From: Marsupella aquatica
Taxonomy: Eukaryota > Plantae > Marchantiophyta
Length of the DNA: 64,000 nt
Direction: 5' to 3'
Assembly: GCA_973895155.1 (NCBI GenBank)
Contig: OZ316891.1
Span: 2,471,324 to 2,535,323 of the forward strand
Every line of letters begins with the position of its first letter. Positions within the stretch are counted from its first letter, which is position 1. A program made the position numbers and the translations under genes. The notes beneath the pieces are model-generated. The model was not told where the DNA came from. It ran no database searches and saw nothing but the letters and a program-made list of their open reading frames with translations. Positions 40,501 to 52,026 of the stretch are shown piece by piece.

Positions 40501-41812
40501 GGAAGTCATCAACAGCCTTTTGGTCTTCCTCGTTCCTCTCATCACTTACGTGAATCGACAAGGAATTACTAGCTAGCCTACTTTTTCTCCTTTTCAAATT
40601 CGCCCTAAACTTTGTTGCTGCAACTATTGTCTTAAAGGCACTCTTGGCCTTATAGTTGCCCTTTTCCTCAAATTCTGTCTTGCTACTATCCTGTCTTCTC
40701 GTTGCTCTCCCATTGCGTGACGTGGATGGAGAATTGGCTTCAGATCCTGCAGACGACGACACAAACATATAAAGAGCATGCCAGGAAAACACGTCTGACC
40801 ATTACACAGGTGGAAGATCATACTAACGTCAGACATATCAAAGGTTGGGAGGACCACCCGCGACACAGAGAATCTGCATGAAACCCCCGAAACATATGAT
40901 ATTTTAGGACAATTAGTAGCTACCTCCAAGATGAACGCATCATTTATCGATCGCATGACCGAACCACAGCTAAACAGAGTTCATTTTATGCATCTGAGAG
41001 GTTCTGAAGGACAATCCAGGGAAATTGCAAGACTGGCGTCCATCGTGTCCATTGGTGTCTAATATGTCCAATACAGATAACGCATTTAGACTTGCTCGTT
41101 ATCGAGTCTAAATACAGATGACGCATTTAGAATGCATCATTTCTACAATTCCGGAGATGTCAAAGACAAATTCTTCCCCTTCATATCTGGGAAACAATCG
41201 CCTTGGAAAAGCCATTCGAGATCCTTCATACAGACCAGTGACGAGCAACAATATATTGCCATCAATGGAGAACCACGTCTGGGCTGCTTCTCCCAGGCGT
41301 CTGAAGTGTGGAGCCCTCAAAATCGACAGAATTGATGGAAATCAGTTCAAGAGGAATTCCTACAGTTGGCACGCACAGAAAATCTGACAGTGTGAAGGGC
41401 CAGTTTTCATGTCGTGCCTTATCAGCCATCCGAAAGATCCTAACGCGACCTAGTTCCCTAAGTCATTTGAAAGGGCTGACTCTAAGGCAAGGCAGACAGA
41501 GTCATGCAAGGAACAGGGACGCATGTGACCGGAATCAGGGAGCAACACAGAGGGCGCGACAGACACGCAATGTAGAAACCACCAGGATATGGGAATCACA
41601 GAAGGATATTAGTGCGTGTTTATCGAAGCAAGGCAAAACGATCAAAGCATCATCACGACCCATGAAAAATTCCCTGACTATGTAGTTTGCTCTCGACCGC
41701 CTTCCTCATGCCGGGAAGCAATCAGGGACAGACGGAGGACGGACAGAGACAGCACGCACACCCGCAGAGTACGGGCAGACAATGAGCACTACAGACCTGG
41801 TAGAGAATTCAT
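34570..41812 (-). CDS. Sec14-like phosphatidylinositol/phosphatidylcholine transfer protein, SFH (Sec14-nodulin) type, ~605 aa
   Basis: Fourteen GT-AG exons: 41812-41797, 40746-40437, 39828-39729, 39515-39249, 39061-38984, 38738-38637, 38523-38474, 38270-38171, 37930-37838, 37667-37560, 36306-36201, 35769-35378, 35145-35071, 34590-34570 (1818 nt, in frame). Motifs: [83 protein letters not shown], a coiled-coil tail [14 protein letters not shown], and the end KKVNCW*. The 16-bp first exon is the least certain part. Confidence 0.93.
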
Positions 41813-42524
41813 GATTGCCTTGCGTTGTCGAGGTTTCGACCACAAATCCAATCAACACGAAGGACCCACAGTGCCACTACTGCTTTCTCTGTTTGCTCTT
41901 GTGAACCTATTACAACCTCAGAAGAAATTGCCGGAGCGGACACTCAGGAATATTGCGCTCCACTACGAAACACTAAACTCGATTACCGCTACAGACGATT
42001 GGCCAATGTGATCTCCAGGACCATGCAGCTTGTCTACATGCTTTCAGGAGGGCTCAGGAGCCGGCTCCGCCATTCCAAGAGCAAATGTCAACCCTAGCGG
42101 GTCTGGTCTAATAATGCGTGCTTACAAATTGCCCTGGAAGTCCAAATGGGCCAACCACCGTAATCAAACTTCACAACGAGGTCGAGCGGACCACTCCGCA
42201 CGTGTATCGCCGACAACAGGACACGCTTTTTGCAATAAGCAGACTGATGATCGGTGACAAGCTAACACTGACCGACGATTGGACGGGTCATTTATTCGTT
42301 CTTGGTCTGTTTTCGATTTCCACGGTGCAACCTGTCCTGTCCGTTCCTCCACCAAAGAGATTTTCCGCGTGTGCTGTCTGTTCCCACCGTTCGGCTTTAC
42401 CAAGAACGCAAGAACTCTCTTGGCTCCGCCCCTTCTTCACTCGAATCACTCTCCTCCTCAGAGCAGAGCCTCCGTCATTCTTCGTCTGGCCGGTGAGCTT
42501 TCGCTGAGGCCCAGTCGAAATGAA

Positions 42525-42622
42525 AAGAACAGAACAGAGCAAAACAGAACAGAACAGAGCAGAGCAGAACAGAGCAGAACAGAGCAAAACAGAGCCGAAC
42601 ACAACAGAACAGAACAGAGCAG
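42525..42622 (+). repeat. Pentanucleotide microsatellite (AGAAC/AGAGC)n
   Basis: About 19 units of agaac/agagc/aaaac upstream of the SFH gene. Confidence 0.92.
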
Positions 42623-42936
42623 AGGACGACACAGGCGCTGGGGACAGGGGTCAGCAAACAAACAAGAAACCGTGGAGTCAGGCGGTGGGCGATCTCACGG
42701 TCCGTTCACTTTCCAGGGACGGCCACCTGGCAGGATGTGTGGCACGTGTGGACGCCCGATTCACCCCCAGCTCCTTCGAAGACGGAACAAACGAATTTGC
42801 TATGTACTGTACCTCGGGAGTGGGACCAGGGCAATAACTCTCACACCTCACGTGGAGGAATGGGGAACCTTTAGTGCCTAACAGCCTAAGTTAGAAAGAT
42901 AGACACAAAAAGTTTTGACTCCCTCTTTATTGATTA

Positions 42937-43598
42937 GGGGTTTTCAAAGCCGGGCTTAATAAAAGTTACATGACACGAGTTGGCATAAAACACCTTATAA
43001 TCAGATTTTATGGGCCATTGGTTGTAAGGGGATATGTATTGACACTTGCCATTATGGGTAATCTCCTAAGTGTAAGTGCTTTTTGCCCATCCTTGTTGGA
43101 CAAACCTAAGTTTATTACCTCAAACAAGTGGTCACGATAGCATTCTAATAATACACATTGATTGGCATGTTTTCCTGTCCCTGGATGAGACAATGTTATG
43201 ATGATGTGATGTTGTGATTACTCTATATTGTGATGATGCAAATTCAAAGTCTCAGAGATAAAGTTAAGGGTTTTGGTCAGTGACTATGGCACTTTCTTTT
43301 GGAAGCCAATTTTGGCCTCCTGCGACTTTTATGGCGGCTCCCGTAACTCAGTCCATATGGCTAACTCTATCATAACTTGATACGGCTGTGCTTTGAGACG
43401 CCCTCCAATGGACACAAAAAGTTAGTGACTACAAAATTCATAGTCCATAACTTTTTGTCATAGGGATTGGTCTTATGTCATTATCATTAGTCAGTGTATA
43501 CAAGGAAAAAAAACAATTACATAATCTTGTGAAAAATTATGACAATTCATTTATTGTATAATGTCAGCATTCGTAATTTTGAGGCTTTGAAGACACCC
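42937..43598. mobile_element. Tourist-like MITE relic related to the 13726 element
   Basis: ta|GGGGTTTTCAAAGCC ... GGCTTTGAAGACACCC|ta, with an extra internal right end CTTTGAGACGCCC at 43391-43403 and (c/g)ataact motifs like those of the 13726 element. Confidence 0.55.
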
Positions 43599-44429
43599 TA
43601 CTGGAAGACATTTACTAGGATCCTTCTTTGTTTTTGCCCAGCCCCATGGATTGCATAAAGTTATTGTTGATTTTAAACCAACAAAAAACCGGTTGCGGAT
43701 TGCAGTTGACAACTTTGATTACCTTGTGGAGATAGCAGTCAAGATGTCAAGTCATATAATTTGAGAATGGTCTCAATTCAATGTAATGGATGAATGATGT
43801 TTCCAGAGAAAAATGGGACTTCTTTGTCGTGAAGCTCCTGTCTCAACCAAATTGAAAGCAAAAAACCCAATTGAAAGCAAACAAAATGGATCAATGGGAT
43901 GAAATGTGTGATTGAAAACATTTTCCCTGCTCCATCACTCTCATATCACGGATTTGAGCCCACCACTTAGTCTAGGCAAAGCCCCCTGAAAACTGGACTT
44001 CTTATGTAACTTATCAAACACGTTCCCTTTGCACAGTTGAGCAAAGACATAGTTGAAGTGTTCTCTAATTGAAAGTGTTGTCATGTTTTCATAGTGGGTG
44101 GAAGAAAATCTTAAGAAATGTTATACAAAGTGTTGTCAATGTGATAGAGGTCAAAACAAGACGCATTGGAACATGTGCTCTTGATGTGTGACATGGTCTT
44201 TGCAACAGTGTTATAGGTTCAACTAGCCCAATGGCAGTCGGTTGCACAGAATATAACAAGGCAAAGCAAAGAAAAATGTTGAAACATCTTATGTGTAGTA
44301 GTGGCCATGCAAATACTCATTGTCAAAGTGTTGTCAAGAATAAGTGCATGTTCACCATGTTACTACCTATCTAAGCCACTCTCTATTTTCCGTTGACATT
44401 GAACCAGCATTTAACTCCTTCCTCACATA

Positions 44430-44840
44430 TTACTCCACTTCTGCACATAACTTGAACATCTCATGCCGGTTATTTTGAAATCCTGTTACTTGCCTGCTTG
44501 CAACTTCCCACGACACATAAATCCCTGGCCTCCTCCCGACGGCAATTGCATAATCATGTAGGATACCTCTTGCCCTTACCATCTGTCGCTCTAGTGTTGT
44601 TACTTTCCTCTCCATTCTTGCCATTGGCACTAGTATCAGTTCTTCCAGGTCTGGTGCTTCAATCTCCAACTCTTCAAGCTCTCCATGTTTTTGAACCTGC
44701 TCCACTGCTGGCCCTTCATTGCGGGCTGCTAATCCTACCAGGCGACATATTTGAATCATTCCCAATCGCAGTACTCTCCAGTTTGCCCAACAACTTTCTC
44801 CTATTGCACTCCACAGCGACTCATTGTCCGACTCAGCCAT
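44430..44840 (-). pseudogene. ORF relic with an RNase H1 N-terminal hybrid-binding (caulimovirus viroplasmin, Cauli_VI-like) domain
   Basis: YAIAVGRRPGIYVSWEVASRQVTGFQNNRHEMFK matches YxVxxGRxPGIYxxWxxCxxQVxGFxxxxxKxF. The TAA at 44432-44430 interrupts the last helix and the frame continues YVRKELN. No catalytic RNase H domain follows. Confidence 0.72.
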
Positions 44841-45959
44841 TCTTCTCTAGCTGGACATTGCCTTTGCGTTCCCCCTTTCCACTCTGACTTATGGTGTCTG
44901 GTCAAAGAGAGGGTGTCAGAATTTATAGTTGACCAGACTTTGCACCACTCCCTAGGCAACTAGTCCTTAGCTGTATATTATCGTGTGGCCAATGCATTAG
45001 CTGTACATTCTCATGATCATATTTATCTCATGGTAATCTTGTATATATCGGCATGGGCTCCTTGTTCTTGTCTTGTACCTTCTATATGTCATTTCTGCTT
45101 ATTGTTAGGATTAGCCTTGTGTGGCACTTGGGTGGTTTGCCCTCCCTTCCCCTGAGTATTTATCCAAGGGGTTACGGATTACTTTTATTAAGTTTTCCTC
45201 TAAATTGCATCATAACAACCTCTAAACTTGCACGTTAGTGGTATAGTCTAGATATGCTGGCAAGAAGCTATAGTTAAGTGACGTTGACTCTCCAATCAAT
45301 TGTGATTGCAGCAGATTTCATTGACATGCTAGAATTTTTGCATTTTGTATTTTCTTCATCCAATTTCCTGATGTCGACGCCAGTGGTCCCATGGGTTGGG
45401 AACTGATCAAACAATCATTTAGTCGGAATACTCTCAGAACCAACAGGTTTTGGAAATTATTCCCATGTCTAGGTGAGAATCGCAACGTTCAAAAGTCATT
45501 GCATTGGAACAGGACAGATGGAGACCAATCACTTTGTCCTGCGCTAAAAACCATCGTATACATTTTTAAATGGTGTGAGTATGTGCAAGAGATTCACTTT
45601 CGACTCACTTCACCATCTTGCTTGACTTCAGGTGATCCACTCACCCTCCCATTTCAACTGTAACTCGTAATTCATGTCAGGAAAAAAGGGGGTACCCGTG
45701 TGTAACCATTTCTATTAGGTGCTACCATTTCCATAACCCTGTGCCCCCGGTAAGTCTTATCCAATAATCATCTGACTTTCCGGGCAAGTATTACTTAGAC
45801 TGTTTGGGTCGGGGTTCTACTCTAAAACCTGTTCCCACAAAGCTTAGAAAAACTTCTCAGTTGTCGCCAATCAACATTTCCTCACTTTTTGCTTGCAGGG
45901 TTACAGACTATTAATCCTAGACCAAACTGTCATTACCCTATATGTTAGTGGCAATGTGG

Positions 45960-46120
45960 TGTAGAGTATCCCGCCCAAAGAGGGGGTAATGGGTGGTAAT
46001 CGATCCCCAAAGGCACAGAGTCTCAGAGGGTTACATCCATTACCCCCAAGTGGGGATGAGAGGGCATTGAGTCCGAGAGGCTTACAACCATTATCCCCAA
46101 GTGGGGATGAGTTACCAATG
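45960..46120. repeat. Short degenerate tandem repeat within a TE-rich interval
   Basis: gagtc..agagg.ttaca.ccatta.ccccaagtggggatgag repeated (~46018 and ~46069) with a partial third copy. Confidence 0.7.
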
Positions 46121-48260
46121 TAAAGCCTAAGTGAATTTTTATATAGCATTCAGTTCAATTCTACATAGGAGAAGTCATTGTTTGCCACTTGCATTTTACT
46201 CTATCTCTCATTCTAATTTCATGAAATCCAGGCCAGGTTGGCCAAGGGGTTCTTGGCTTCACCTAAGGGTAATGTCTCATAACCTTGTACACACATACAA
46301 AGGAAAAAGCTCAGGAAGGGTTTACGCATGATAGCACACTCAATTTGGGCATGAATACATCTCAATTTGCAAAACAGGAGGGCCGGGATGAAGCTGGGGT
46401 AAGGCCAGGATTTTCTCAATGTGTGAGAACTGGCCCTGTACTCCCATGTTTCTCATAATCTGAATGAGGCAGCCTGGGTTATGGCATTACCGGATGGGGT
46501 TTGGCAGGGCCACTAGTGCCTTGCCACATGGCATACGTACGACCAATGCGGAATGACCTTGAGTTAAGTACATGAGTAAGAGTAACCCATATACAAAATG
46601 GGGTCAAGCTAGTGATTAAAATAATTTAGGGGACAGGTTGAAAATAAGGGTCAGTTTGGGGGATACATTAGGAAAAAAATGGTTACTTACAATATTAATG
46701 TGGTTTCATGGGATTAAATTGTTGGTTTTCATTTTATTTCCCTAATTGGTAATGAGGAAGTACTATTGTATTCCCTTGCATTAAAGTAACAAAGGGGTGG
46801 GGGGGGTTGTTTTCACCCAGCCTTATTGCAACTAACACATAGAAGTATAAGAGATTATATATTATATACACACTAACTATGATAACCAAGGGAACCCAAC
46901 TCCTTCAATTAAATGAGATGAGAGGCCTTTGCATGGACAAAATGTTGTAGGAATCCACTGAAAACCTTCCATTACCTCTCAAGTGTGTCTTTACATGTTA
47001 CTGTCAAAAGTGCAAGTTAATCTAAGTATTTCATTTGTGTCCATCAAAGCTCCCATGTCCCATGATGGACACAATCTTGCAATCTTGCAATCTTGAAAGT
47101 TCCTTTGGGCAATATGTAAGAGATGAGAGGTAAATCTCCTTGCCCTCTATATTTCCATTAATGCCCTCTGAACATTTTAGTACTTGACAACACTGATCCA
47201 CCAAGCAGAGAGTGTATCCCACCAGTGGGAGACCTCCACTTCTAGGAAGCATATGTGGAACCTAGAAGGAAGACCACAAGAATGAAATAGTTCATTATCA
47301 GCTACATTTCCTGCCCGAGTGAGGTTTGAGCACCAAAACACGTGATGGGGCCCCTGTCAAGAAAAAGGCATCTGACTAGCCCCTTCTGTTAGGTATTTAC
47401 TCAAGGTCTAGGGTTACGACATATAACCGTAGTTAGACTAACCATAGTCGGAGACATGGTTAGGTTAACTAGGGAACACACAAGAGAGCTTTACTGAACT
47501 CTAAGCCCGTCGGCTATACCAAGTTTCTACAGTGTAAGCTCTCATAATCTCTCAAGTGGCTCCATAACAATGAGCCTAAGTTTCACTTATCCAAGCAAAC
47601 ACCGTTTGGCATACAGTGTGTTCCCGTGGACGTAGCCTCAAGGAGGTGAACCACGTATCTCTTGTGTCGACTACTTGCGCGTTGGATGTGGCATGTGCTT
47701 ACCGTTGCAATTGTCGTCTATGCTCAACACCTTCCTTTCAAAGATACTTCCTGGGAAGGGGACTTCCTGGGCCCCCTTGTCCATGCAGCCCACACTCCTG
47801 CCTACAACCCTTTCAATTAGTGTCAATATAGATGCATGCATGAAACATATATTCAACTAGCAAGGCAACCTTGCAGTGCATCTCGGATGATTCACTCTGA
47901 ACCCTCAACATGCACCTTGCAAACAAAACAACAACACTTCTTTCTCTCTATTGCAAGAGAGTCAATGCCTCACTCCTAAACCTTCTCCCAACCGTGACCC
48001 TGCCCTGGACGTTAACAATTTAAGATGAGCTTTAAACAAAGATGTGCAAAGTGACTTATGCAGAAAACACACCCTATGCAATCTGACACTTTGCCAGTGC
48101 CTATACAGAGGAAACTCAGTGTAGTGCTCCAACCTCGGGTCAGCTACTACCTTTCTCCCTTGGTAGCCCTTGTCACTTGTAGAGTGTATCACGATAGGTC
48201 CGCAACACACAGGCTTACCCGTACTTGTAAAAACATTTGTTGGCCAGGGTGTTATGGCCC

Positions 48261-48660
48261 ATAGCTCAAGACCCGTGCGTTGCACAAAAGAAGTCGTGTC
48301 GGCCAAGATGTCGTTGAGAAAAAAAGATGTCAACGCCAAGAGGTCGTTGAGAGAAAAGATGTCTTGTCAGCCAAGATGTCGTTGAGAAAAACGATGTCAT
48401 GTCGGCAAAGCCATCGTTGAGGGAAAAGATGTCGTCTCAGCCAAGACATCATTGAGGGAAAATACCCGTGCGTTGCACAAAAGATGTAGTTAAGAAAAAA
48501 GATGTTGCCCAAAATGTCGTTAAAATAAACATGTCGTGGCGCCCAAGATATCATTAAGAAAACAGATGTCGTGTCCCCCAAGATGTTGTGTCCCCCAAGA
48601 TGTCGCTAAGAGAAAAGTGTTGTGGCGTCCAAAATGTTGTTCAGAGAAAATATGTTGTGT
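48261..48660 (-). mobile_element. Helitron-type 3' terminus (degenerate) with subterminal tandem array
   Basis: The minus strand reads GTGCAACGCAC, GGG, TCTTGAG, CTAT (ending at 48261). It adjoins an array of aagatgtcgt.. units with a second hairpin copy at ~48465. Confidence 0.62.
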
Positions 48661-49554
48661 AAATATTTCATTTATATTTAAAATTATTTTAAAAAGTAGA
48701 ATTATTTATATATGAATAGATTTATTTAAATTTTGATTAATTTTTTCATTGTGGCAGGTATGGGAAGGTTAAAGGGTAGCTTGGGCATTTTTAAAAGGGG
48801 TGTATGGATAGATCTGACAGTGTGGAAGAAATTATGTTTTGATGAACATTCAAGATTGATTTTCATTTTTTTTAGTTTGTAAAGGGACAGGATCAGGATT
48901 ATAGTGGTACATGGTAAAGGGAGGTCTCCTTGATACTCCTGCATTGCTAGAGACCCTCCCTATTTTCTTTGTACTATTAGATTCATTTTTTGCTGGGAAA
49001 CATTGCTTTCCATTTTCATTCACAATATTGATTTTTCTGGTTTTATTCCTTCTTGTTGGTTAGATTCTTTCATGTTTTTCATGTTTGGTATATTGCAAAT
49101 TTGAATGACTACCATGCTATGAAAAAAATTAACATTTTATTACAGCTTTTGACATTCTCCCTATCATCTAACCTATTGTGTTTAATTAACCTATTTTAAT
49201 TAGATTATTACCATTATTATATTATGCAATATTGTAATACTTGCAATAATATATAGTATCACATATATTATGTATTTTTGTATTTCTTGTGTATGGATCA
49301 TGAACCTACTTAATACTCATGCATGTGCATTCGCTCCCTTGTTTTGTGTGTCCCATTGGCTCCCTCCTTTGTGTGTCCGGTTTGATTCCCCTAAACTTAT
49401 TACTTTTTTGGTGCACACTAAATTTAATATAGCCTTTATTCCTTCTCTTTGACATGATTAATGTTTGGACACTGCAAATTGACTGACTACCACTTCAAAA
49501 AAAGGCGCAACCTTGTATTATAGTTTAGGATAATGCCAAATTATTAGGACGTTA

Positions 49555-49700
49555 GGTACTTGCAACTTTGCTTTGACTGAGCTGAGGTGAGTCACTTAGA
49601 AAAAAATTCCAGCTGAAGATGTTGCCAACTACATACTTGCAACTTTGTTTTGACAGAGCTGAGGTGAGTTAGTGAGAAAAAATTCCAGCTGAAGATGCTG
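49555..49700. repeat. ~78-bp tandem duplication
   Basis: tacttgcaactttg.tttgac.gagctgaggtgagt...aaaaaattccagctgaagatg occurs twice. Confidence 0.85.
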
Positions 49701-50219
49701 TCGATGTTCCACCTTTCTCACACAAACTTGACAAAGTGCCTTTTCATGTAAATCTTCATTATCTAGAAGAAAATTTGAGTGTAGCTGCTCATTGCTTTGT
49801 CCTGGGACAATGAGCTATCCCTAAGCTCATGACTGTAGTATGCATTGGTGCTTCTTTCCAAATTTTTTGTTGCATGGATTCAGTTGCCAAAAAAGTCTTC
49901 CAAATATTTTTCTGTTGTGCTGCTTTTGTCATGTCATGCCACTTTTTTGTCAAAAACAAATCACCAGTCATGCCTGGTTAAGCACATTTGGGGGTAGGTT
50001 ATAAAGTGAAAACTTTTTGCAAAACTTGCACTGAAGCTTCCTTAAATTGTGGAGGAGGCTGGCATTGTATGAGGAGAACATAGACTAGAACCTTTCTCAA
50101 AGATTCCCTCTTATAAAGTGCTAGGTGTCTCGGTTATTGCACATCTGGTAATACATGGTGTATACTCAGTGATTTAAACAAAATAATTAAGTTTATCATA
50201 GTATGGATAACTCAAAATT

Positions 50220-50750
50220 TTTATCTTTTTCTCATCTCACCATCTTTTTCTCACCTTGACATCTTTTATCTCATCTTGACATCTTTATTTCATCACGATT
50301 TATTTTTCTCTCCTTGACATCTTTTCCTCAACTTAAACATCTTTTTTTCACCTTGCCATCTTTTCTCTCCTCAACATCTTTTCTCTCCTCAACTTCTTTT
50401 ATCTCATCTCGCCATGTTTTTCTTACTTTGACATTGTTATCTCATCACGACATCTTTTTCTCTCCTTGACATCTTTTCCTCACCTTAAACATCTTTTTCT
50501 CACCTTGCCATTTTTTCTCTCCTTGACATCTTCCTCACCTCGACTTTGATCTTTTATCTCATCTTGCCATCATTCTCTGACTTTGATATCGTTATCTCAT
50601 CACGACATCTTTTTCTCTCCTTGACATCTTTTCCTCGCCTTAACATCTTTATTCACCTCAACTTCTTTTCCTCACCTCAACATTTTTTTTCACTTCAAGA
50701 TCTTTTCTTCACCTTGACATCTTCTGTGCAACGCACAGGCATGGGGCTCG
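50220..50750 (+). mobile_element. Helitron-type 3' terminus with subterminal tandem array
   Basis: An array of ~20-bp ctcaccttgacatctttt units (the reverse complement of the 2835-3300 array) ends in CTGTGCAACGCACAG, GCATGGGG, CTCG (50750). Confidence 0.68.
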
Positions 50751-50859
50751 CATATATATAATCATATTTTGATATGCAATGACTAGGACACCAATGCTAG
50801 TTCTATGATAAAATGGTGTATCGTGTTACTACTCTAGTGGATGTCCTGCCATTTACAAA

Positions 50860-51250
50860 TTAGATTTCTCTCGAATCTGACCCAAACAAAAAATTCAAGG
50901 TACTAAATGTGAGGTGTCATGGTGGAGTTCCTCTTTGGATCTCTTTGTCTTTGGACCCCTTTTTCTTTGGACCACTTTTTCTTTCCTTTCATTGTACTTT
51001 GTATTTCTAGATTTCTCTCGAAACCTGACCCAAAACGGAAATTCAAGGTGCTGAATTACGGAATGTGAGGTGTCATGGTGGAGGGCAACTTTTCTTTCCT
51101 TTCATTGTACTTTGTTTTTCTCGATTTCTCTCTAAACCTGACCCACAACGGAAAATTCAAGGTGCTGAAATAACGAAATGTGAGGTGTCATGGTGGAAGT
51201 TACTCCTTGGACCTCTTTTTCTTTCCTTTCATTATTGTACCTTGTTTTTT
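50860..51250. repeat. Three-copy tandem repeat (110-150-bp units)
   Basis: gatttctctc.aa.ctgaccca...aaattcaaggt.ct...aatgtgaggtgtcatggtgga at ~50862, 51010 and 51123. Confidence 0.85.
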
Positions 51251-52026
51251 CCCTGGTTTATAAACTTTGGTGTAATTCTTTTCCACAACAGTGATAACAG
51301 AGGGCCCTAAAAAATGCGTGAACATGAAGTCAACTACGGCGCTGATTGCTTCCGACTCAGCCAAGTGGTACGACGCATGTCATTCTCCAGTACGTCCAGG
51401 TGTTGGCTTCTGCTCGTTGATGGATAGACTACTGGCCCCCTCCGCCCACCTGGGCCTTCAATTCCAACCCTCTGTTGTTTCAAGGGGAGCCTCATGGTGT
51501 TTCACATTTCCCACATTTTCAGTTGTTCAATCAGCTGCTGCCGCCTCATCTTTTAAGAGGGGCCCTTTCACCCACAAAGTCTTGTGGGCTCTTCTCAACC
51601 CAATCTCAACAGTAAGCAGCTGTAGCTTGAGAGCTTGGGAGTCAGGTCGAGCTCGAAATTAGCGCTTCCTACTTTTCCAATTGTCACAACCAGCTGCAGC
51701 CTCGTCTTAGAAGTGTTCCTTCGGGATAACCCACAAATTCTCGTCAGCTTTTCTCCATTCAATAATATCAATATCTAGATTCTGCTGGGGCCGGACCCCT
51801 GTTGTCCAATCTCACAGACAATTGAGACGTTCAATACTTCAGTGTCAATTCCTTTTTGTGGCTGGATTGGAAAGATTCGCAGACTTTGAAAGGAAGAGAA
51901 CGTTGAGGAGCAGGTAGGGAGGAGTAGAGCAGGAAGAGGAGGAGGCGGAGGAGAGAGAAGATTCATCTGGGAAGTCTGGCAGCGCATTTTTCGATTTCGA
52001 ACGAAGTGGGGAGGTGAATTGTGAAC

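Noticed and set aside
42279-42881. 200-aa ORF and overlapping ORFs with RTEQN/LFCSV repeats
   Set aside because: Produced by the (AGAAC/AGAGC)n microsatellite.
45690-48250. Possible LTR retrotransposon (PBS-like TGGTGCTC on the minus strand near 47335)
   Set aside because: No paired LTRs and no RT, RNase H or integrase motifs could be recognised; probably decayed TE sequence but not classifiable by eye.
49740-49830. Ulp1-protease-like reading IVPGQSNE
   Set aside because: The catalytic DCG motif is absent, and an eroded zinc knuckle fits the other frames at least as well.
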